Shown here: piece by piece, positions 56,831 through 64,000 of the stretch
Layout: the number at the start of each line of letters is the position of its first letter
Position numbering within the stretch: position 1 is the first letter of the stretch
Assembly (NCBI GenBank): GCA_951406725.2
Contig: OX597826.1
Location: 6,386,001-6,450,000, forward strand
DNA from: Octopus vulgaris
Taxonomy: Eukaryota
DNA length: 64,000 bases
Reading direction: 5' to 3'
The notes under the pieces: model-generated
Database searches by the model: none
The model's input: only the letters and a program-made list of their open reading frames with translations
What the model was told of the DNA's origin: nothing
Made by a program: the position numbers and the translations under genes

Positions 56831-58120
56831 GATCTATCTATCTATTTATTTATCTATATATTTATCTTTCAACCTATCTCTCTGTCTCTCTCTCACTCTC
56901 ACACACACACAGAGTATATATATTTATATAAACACGAGCTATTGGACTCGGTGTTGCTCGTATGTTCCGTGTTGAAGTGAACCTCATCTCTGGCCTTGTA
57001 TTGAAATCTTGCACGTTCACCGAGCCAACTATTACCCGTTAAGATTTTCTATCTGGTTCAGAGCAGGGATTTAATTCGGTTAACATTTTCGACATACTCC
57101 TACATACTGAACCGTCTGAAATCGCAGTCAAACCTTTGGGTGTTCCTCGACCCGCTGAGAGTGATGTTTGTTTATTTCTCTGCCCTTAATGCCACCAACT
57201 GTAGAAAACTGATCAGCGTGTCAAAACTCAGCAAAATACAATCCATGTGACCATTTACATGAAAATATGCCATTGACTTTTAAATCCCAATACACTATAT
57301 GAATACTCATATTTCACATGTCGGAGTGCTAAATTTTACTCATAGGTCAATTTTCTTCAAAATCACTTCATTATTTTATTGTGACTGAATTTTGACGATT
57401 TCTGCATGTCACCAGTTTAATTGTTTTTCTCCATGATTCCAACCATAAACTTTACCTCAATGTCAAATTTAATTAAAATCGGATAAATTATGTAAAGGTT
57501 ACAGCATAAAATATTAATCCTATGGGTAATTGCATACAAAAAGTGTATTGATTTCTTAAAACTCCTCGCTCGCGCAAATATCAATTCTTGTCAACTCTTC
57601 ATTTTGGCATCAACTAATGGACTTGAATTGAATCACGTGTAAAATTTCGACAAAATCGTAAAGAATAACTTTAAGGAAAAGGTTAGTTGCATTTGTGACC
57701 TTTTCAGGCCCTTTTGAATTACATAAACACATTCGCCGTCTCCCCCACCACAAAATTTACCTACATCTCAAATTTCATTAAATTCGAAAAAAAAAATAAA
57801 ATATACGGCCAAAAATAAAATCCCTATGAATAATTTGCACGCAAAAAAACTATTGATTTTATAAAACCATAGGTCAGGCGCAATAATTGATTTTTTTTTT
57901 TATCAACGCCATATACTGACATCAACTCAATTTAACAACGGGCGTTTGTTGGAACATTAACAGAACCTATCATGAGGAGTAAATAAGCGAAATAAGGATC
58001 AACTTGAAGAAGTTTTCAACTCAAAGAGAAAAACCATTGGAGGGCTGATTTGCAAACCACGTTTTTAGTCAATCTTTAGGGAGCGTAGCAGAAGAGATTG
58101 GCCGTGTGATATATATATAT

Positions 58121-58156
<36 letters not shown>

Positions 58157-58584
58157 ATGGTGACCCTGGCACTTGGTCTATTCGGTCTTAGCCCGAGTAC
58201 AAATTTAGTAAGGTGAGCATGTATTTGCAAGCTGATTTAATTTCTACCAACAATAACTTGAAGTATGTAACTTCAGCCAATAAATCGGGTTCCTCTTATT
58301 GAGCCTGGTTGCATTTCAGCGTCTGGCGGTCGTCTTCTAGGTGTTCTCCTGACATCATTCATAAGCCCGTGACTCGTGCTGAGAAGTTGAAGTCCGAGTT
58401 GTTATCTATGATCGTAAATATATATATATAATAAATACAAGTATTTAAAAAGAACTTAGCACTAGTGTTGCTTCATTCGATTAAAAATTATTCAAAACGG
58501 TACCACAACGCGGCCGCAGTCTTCTAACCGATATAAATATAAGGTAAAATATTTAAAAAATGTAAATGTTATTAGGTATCTACG

Positions 58585-58643
<59 letters not shown>

Positions 58644-58644
<1 letters not shown>

Positions 58645-58809
58645 GGCGCAGGAGTGGCTGTGTGGTAAATAGCTTGCTAACCAACCACATGGTTCCGGCT
58701 TGAGTCCCGCTGCGTGGCATCTTGGGCAAGTGTCTTCTGCTATAGCCCCGGGCCGACCAATGTCTTGTGAGTGGATTTGGTAGACGGAAACTGAAAGAAG
58801 CCCGTCGTA

Positions 58810-58851
<42 letters not shown>

Positions 58852-59068
58852 TGTGTGTGTTTGTGTTTGTCCCCCTAGCATAGCTTGACAACCGATGCTG
58901 GTGTGTTTACGTCCCCGTCACTTAGCGGTTCGGCAAAAAGAGACCGATAGAATAAGTGCTGGGCTTACAAAAAGAATAAGTCCCGGGATCGAGTTGCTCG
59001 ACTAAAGGCGGTGTTCCAGCATGGCCGCTGTCAAATGACTGAAACAAGTAAAGGAGAAAAGAGAAAAA
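58644..59068 (+). mobile_element. SINE family B, best-preserved copy
   Basis: A-box TGGCTGTGTGG, decayed B-box, CORE-like cttgggcaagtgtc, internal (TA)n(TG)n, tail ggcggtgttccagcatggccg...gaaacaagtaaa. Confidence 0.88.
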
Positions 59069-59657
59069 ATACCTACAGGTATAAGTAAGTGTAAATGTAC
59101 TGCGACATTGATTGATGACACGTAATTCATAAGTTCACTCCTTAAAATAATTGAACGGATATATATGGTTTAAGTGTTCTGAGCCTCGTATGAAGATTAG
59201 TAAATTTAAAAGAACATGTTTTCTTCCTGTTAATTAAAATCATATCACTGAGCAGAGTAATTTGTTCGCCGGAAATTTTCATTTTAGAAATATATTCGAT
59301 TAAATAAAACATTCGTATGATTTAGAAGTATGAATCCTAGAAATTGTAATATTTATACTAATGAGTGGAAGATTAATGCTTCAGGGTTATAATGGAGTGA
59401 TATATTTTCAGTATATAAGATCAGCTACGTAGAAATATTTCCGTTAGGAAGCCTGCCTGTTTAAACGATATATAATTTATTGCTGTTCGGCAAATTCCCA
59501 TCGTCTCTGTAATACTTTCCTGTTATGAATTTCATTGAAAACAATATCATTACTAATTTATGGATAGTAACATAATACATATATCCACACACACATACAC
59601 ACACACACACTCACACACATATACATATGTGTATGTATATGTATATACAGAATGTAT

Positions 59658-60474
59658 ATATAAATACAGTGTACATTTAAACGCATAAGAGGTATCCGTC
59701 ATAGTAATCATGGTACGCTAGAACAGCCAAAGTGCAAACCACTATTAGGGATAAAACTTCGAAGGGAAAGAAAAATGAAAACATTTACCATCTATCTCCT
59801 GGACCATGATTTCTGACATTTTTTTAGCAAATAAAATAATTTGCTAGGCGAAGTTTTCATCAACAGGCACGCCAAGATCAAACATATAAGTACGAGGAAA
59901 TCCAGCATGCGTCACGTGCTTACTCATTTCAACCTTTCAAATCCAGCGCGCAAGCGCTGTTTTTTGTCGCCAGCAAAAAGAAAATGTAATATCAGCGTTA
60001 CTTCGAAAGTCAATATTTAATAATATCAGGGTAATAATTTGTTTATATATTTTTACTACCAGTGACCTAGCGAGGAGAAAAATTAGTCAATAGACTATAC
60101 ATTATTCATATAAATACAGTGTACCTTTGAAAACATAAAGGGTATCCGTCATAGGATTCCTGGCATGCTAGAAAGAATAGCCAAATTAAAATGTATAATC
60201 AAGAGGCACATGTTGGATTCGCCTCGTACTTATATGTTTAATCTAAGCGTACCTGCTGATGAAGACTTCGCCTAGCAAATTATTTTATTTGCTAAACATT
60301 TCATTCCCTTCGAAGTTTTATCCCTAATAGTGGCTCGGAATTTGGCTGTTCCTTGTAGCGTGGCAGGAATTCTATGACGGATATTTCTTGTGTTTAAATG
60401 CGCACTGTATTTATATGAACAATATGTAGTCTATTGACTAACTTTTCTATACGCTAGGCCACTGGTAGTAAAAA
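59658..60474. repeat. Complex direct plus inverted repeat (A 59658-59904, B 60050-60186, inverted C 60214-60474)
   Basis: C is the reverse complement of a B+A composite; A and B share ataaatacagtgtac...ggtatccgtcatag...agccaaa. Confidence 0.85.
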
Positions 60475-62123
60475 TTACCTTGATATTATTAATTATATGT
60501 ATATATACACGCATGCAGATATATATACATGCACACGCACACACACACACATACACACACACTCTCGCACACACACACGCGTGTTTGTGTGTGTGGACTT
60601 TAAAGTTTCAAATATTAAAATTAAAAGCTCGACCAAGCATGGGACAAAAATTTCCTCGTTAGTTATCGTTCGAAAAATCATTACAATTTCACGCCTTTAA
60701 CGTTCATATGGCTCAATTTTGGTGGCGTATATATTCAATGGATTCTATGAGTATGAATATGCTTCGAACACAAATGGCCTTTAGAGAAAAAAGCTAGAAC
60801 AGCCAGTGGCTGAAAGATAACAATTTAAGACTAATGAATTCATATTAAACACCTCAGTTTTCTGTTTTGCTTTTTTTTTTTTTTTGGTTTTTGTTCCTGT
60901 CCTTTATGGAAATACTAATCGGGAGCGGTATTAAACAAATGCATTCTTGGAATTTTAAATAACTCCGAACGAGAATAGGAGAGATAATTTTAAAAATTAA
61001 GACCTTCACTTAGTGAAGTACAAATGCTTGTCACCACGTATCCTCTTCTCAGCATATTACTACACTGTTTATTTTTTCCATAATGGCACATTAATTTTGT
61101 AGAATCACGTTTATTCTGACGGCGAGTGCAACAACACTAACGCATTTCTTTAATTTTCTATGCAAGAGAAGGTAACTTCATTAAGGCGATAAGATACATT
61201 GCATGATATGAACTGGATATATTCCGTATTCGATATTGTGTGTGCATATGTGTATGTAGTATGTGTAATTGTTCTACATGAGTGTGTATGTGTATTTGCG
61301 CCTGTGTGTGTATTTTATACACAGATGTATACATATACCTGCGTACATGTATTTTCACACACATAAACATACCTACAAATTGAATATATATCTTTCGTAA
61401 GAATTATCTGATTATATGTATGTAAGCATAAATGTAAACTTTTGTGTTGACGTATAAACACAATTTAGCATTACAGTGAGCTATCACTCAATGTATTTTA
61501 ATGAGGTATATATTTAATATTATTTACGATGAAAAATTTAACAAACTTCGGGTTCCAAACTTCATCTTGCTCGACGTCATCACTATCACATTTTACATTG
61601 CACACACATACACACATACACACACACACACACATCTATACATATAAATGTGTGTGTATTTGTATACACACACACATACATATATATATATATGTGTGTG
61701 TGCGTGTATGTGTGTGTATACATATATAAGCATTTTTTCTGTAGTCTGAGGACCGAGCTGCGGCCATATATATACATATATGTGTGTGTGTATACGCGTG
61801 CGTGTGTGTATACGCGTGCGTGTGTGTAAAGAGAAGGGTCTATAGTATGCTCGGTATGGAGCTGGAAATCTATATATGAACTGAACATTCAGTGGTATAT
61901 GTTCGTATTTTCAAACTGTTTGAGCTCTCTCTAAGGCGTTTTGCTAACAAATATCCAGGTATGCGTATGTGTGTGTGCGTGTGAATATGTATGTACGTAC
62001 GTATGTATGTATGTATGTATGTATGTATGTATGTTTGTGTGTGTGTGTATGTATGTATGTATGAATGTATGAATGTATGTATGTATGTATGTATGTAAGT
62101 ATGTATGTATGTGTATGTGTATG

Positions 62124-62154
<31 letters not shown>

Positions 62155-62223
62155 ATATGTATGTATGTATGTATGTATTTATGTATGTGTGTGCGTATGT
62201 ATGTATAAACACAGACACACGTA

Positions 62224-62260
<37 letters not shown>

Positions 62261-64000
62261 GGAAATACGTATAAAATATAACTCCATGCATATATAGGTT
62301 GGTAGCTTCCTTTGTTATACTATGCTATTGTGAGGAATTGATTCATATTGTATGCAACTAAAACCGACTGCGATAAGATTTAATGTTTGCAATAAGAATA
62401 ACAATATCGGTATCGTCTATTCAGTTACCCGCAGCGAATATCAGATAATTATTTTATGTAGGCTGTATACTAGGTGAATCGAACTGTCTTCGTCGACATT
62501 GTATAGAAAAACACTGTTTTGTACATGTGCGGTACTTCTGAAGCAACGCTCGCTAATGTTCAAATAACATCGATTTTAATAATCTGAATTGTCTTTCACA
62601 AAATTCTGTGTCGAGCGTTTCAATTGTGTCTAATTATCATTATTTCTCTAGAAGTTGTGCCTAAAGACAAAGAAACTGTTAAACTCATGTGAAGAAACGT
62701 TTCAAAGTGATTTGTTTGTTTGAGAAGTGAAATCTTATTCTTCATTCATGGGCACTTTACAGACAACTTACTGTCTGTAGTTCTGGATCTCTGATTCATT
62801 AAGAATGTTCCTTTAAGCTAATTTAGATTTAATTCTTTAACGGTCACTGAACTAATACAGAGGAAATATACCGGGATCGAACAAACGCGCAAATCATGGT
62901 TTATTATTGGAAATTTAAAGATAATAAAAGTTTACCATTAGATTTATGTTCTTTTATTTATAAAGGAAACTTGCGGCTAGCTGAGTCAATACATTATCGG
63001 ATTGTTAGCTTAAAAATCGATCATTTCAGTATCGTCACTGGTACTACACAATGACTATAGTAAACGCACATAGTAGTCAATGTTGTAATTCAGTAAGATA
63101 TAAATCACTACCTTGAACTGGAGACAAACATTCTTATGAGAAACGGAACAATTTATCATTAAAATGTGTTTCATTATATTACAGAAATTGAACGTCATGT
63201 CGTTGTATAGACAGACGTCTTTGCAATATCAGCAAAATTATTTGAGCAGCTGTCTTTAGAAAAGAAAGGGATAGATCTGAAAGATGCCAAAAAGCACCCA
63301 GAGAAGAAGCTGAAAATGTTGACTGGAAATCTGCATTGGCCGTATCCCAAACGATCTTAAAAGAAATACACTGGGAGAACAATGATATACCAGAGTATAA
63401 CAGTCAATTGGCTTCGAATGGGCAAAGGTCACACAAGTTACTGGAGAATTGCTTGAAAGGAATGCGGGAAAATGTAATTAATATCATTAGCAGCAGGCCA
63501 TAATACAATGAAGACGTCTTACATCACATTCTACTGTCTTTTGAGAAATATGCTTTATTCTGGCATATATGTATCAGCGAGTTGTGAATATGAAAGTGTT
63601 AGAAGTACTATTACAAATAGACGGTTGTGATCTTGTTATGAAGGAATAGAGAAAATCAGAGAAGAGGAAGTACCACTACTAAAAATGTAATGCGGAATGT
63701 ACTAATAAAAATATGAAAGCTTACCTAAGATCTAACGGCACACTGGACCCAAATATAGAGTACATGAAATACTTCAAAATAGAGTTAGATTCATTGTAGC
63801 ATAGTTTCTGCAACGGCAGTAAAGTGAAATCTTTTAATATGTCGTTCAGTCCGAAGCTTCAAAGGACGAGAGATGATGGGTTATTGCGAACATTTTGGTA
63901 GGTCTCACGCAAGAATAAGCTGAGAGTTGGCAAACGCGTTTTATATGTCCATTATTGTATTACTTCCTAACGCCGAGCATTCACAACTGCATTATTCAAG

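Noticed and set aside
63185-63360. Possible plus-strand exon or transposase remnant (FEQLSLEKKGIDLKDAKK...)
   Set aside because: In-frame stop just upstream, weak splice sites and no recognisable motif.

Overview
AT-rich, microsatellite-saturated eukaryotic genomic DNA. The tRNA-headed SINE families and (TA)n/(CA)n/(TAA)n density suggest a coleoid cephalopod, probably Octopus (inference from recalled repeat sequences, no database search). Almost all listed ORFs are microsatellite artefacts. Supportable content: (i) a few spliceable, phase-compatible plus-strand exons of an unidentified gene (113-249, 2605-2729, terminal 4093-4141, and possibly 20113-20171 and 48008-48087, which together read like half an SH3 domain); (ii) decayed transposons: a 3-kb R4/Dong-type LINE in a (TAA)n tract plus three Dong fragments, a CR1-type LINE, a Neptune-type Penelope-like element (PLE), three internally deleted mariners, a Tc1, a non-autonomous Helitron, a palindromic MITE and many SINEs; (iii) the most notable signal, short non-coding cassettes lodged in (TA)n tracts that carry type I hammerhead ribozyme folds (two with intact catalytic cores, 55546-55631 minus and 56135-56197 plus, plus several decayed ones) and/or fold-back ends, consistent with a non-autonomous PLE/retrozyme-like family. 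SINE and cassette boundaries are approximate; all folds and alignments were made by eye.
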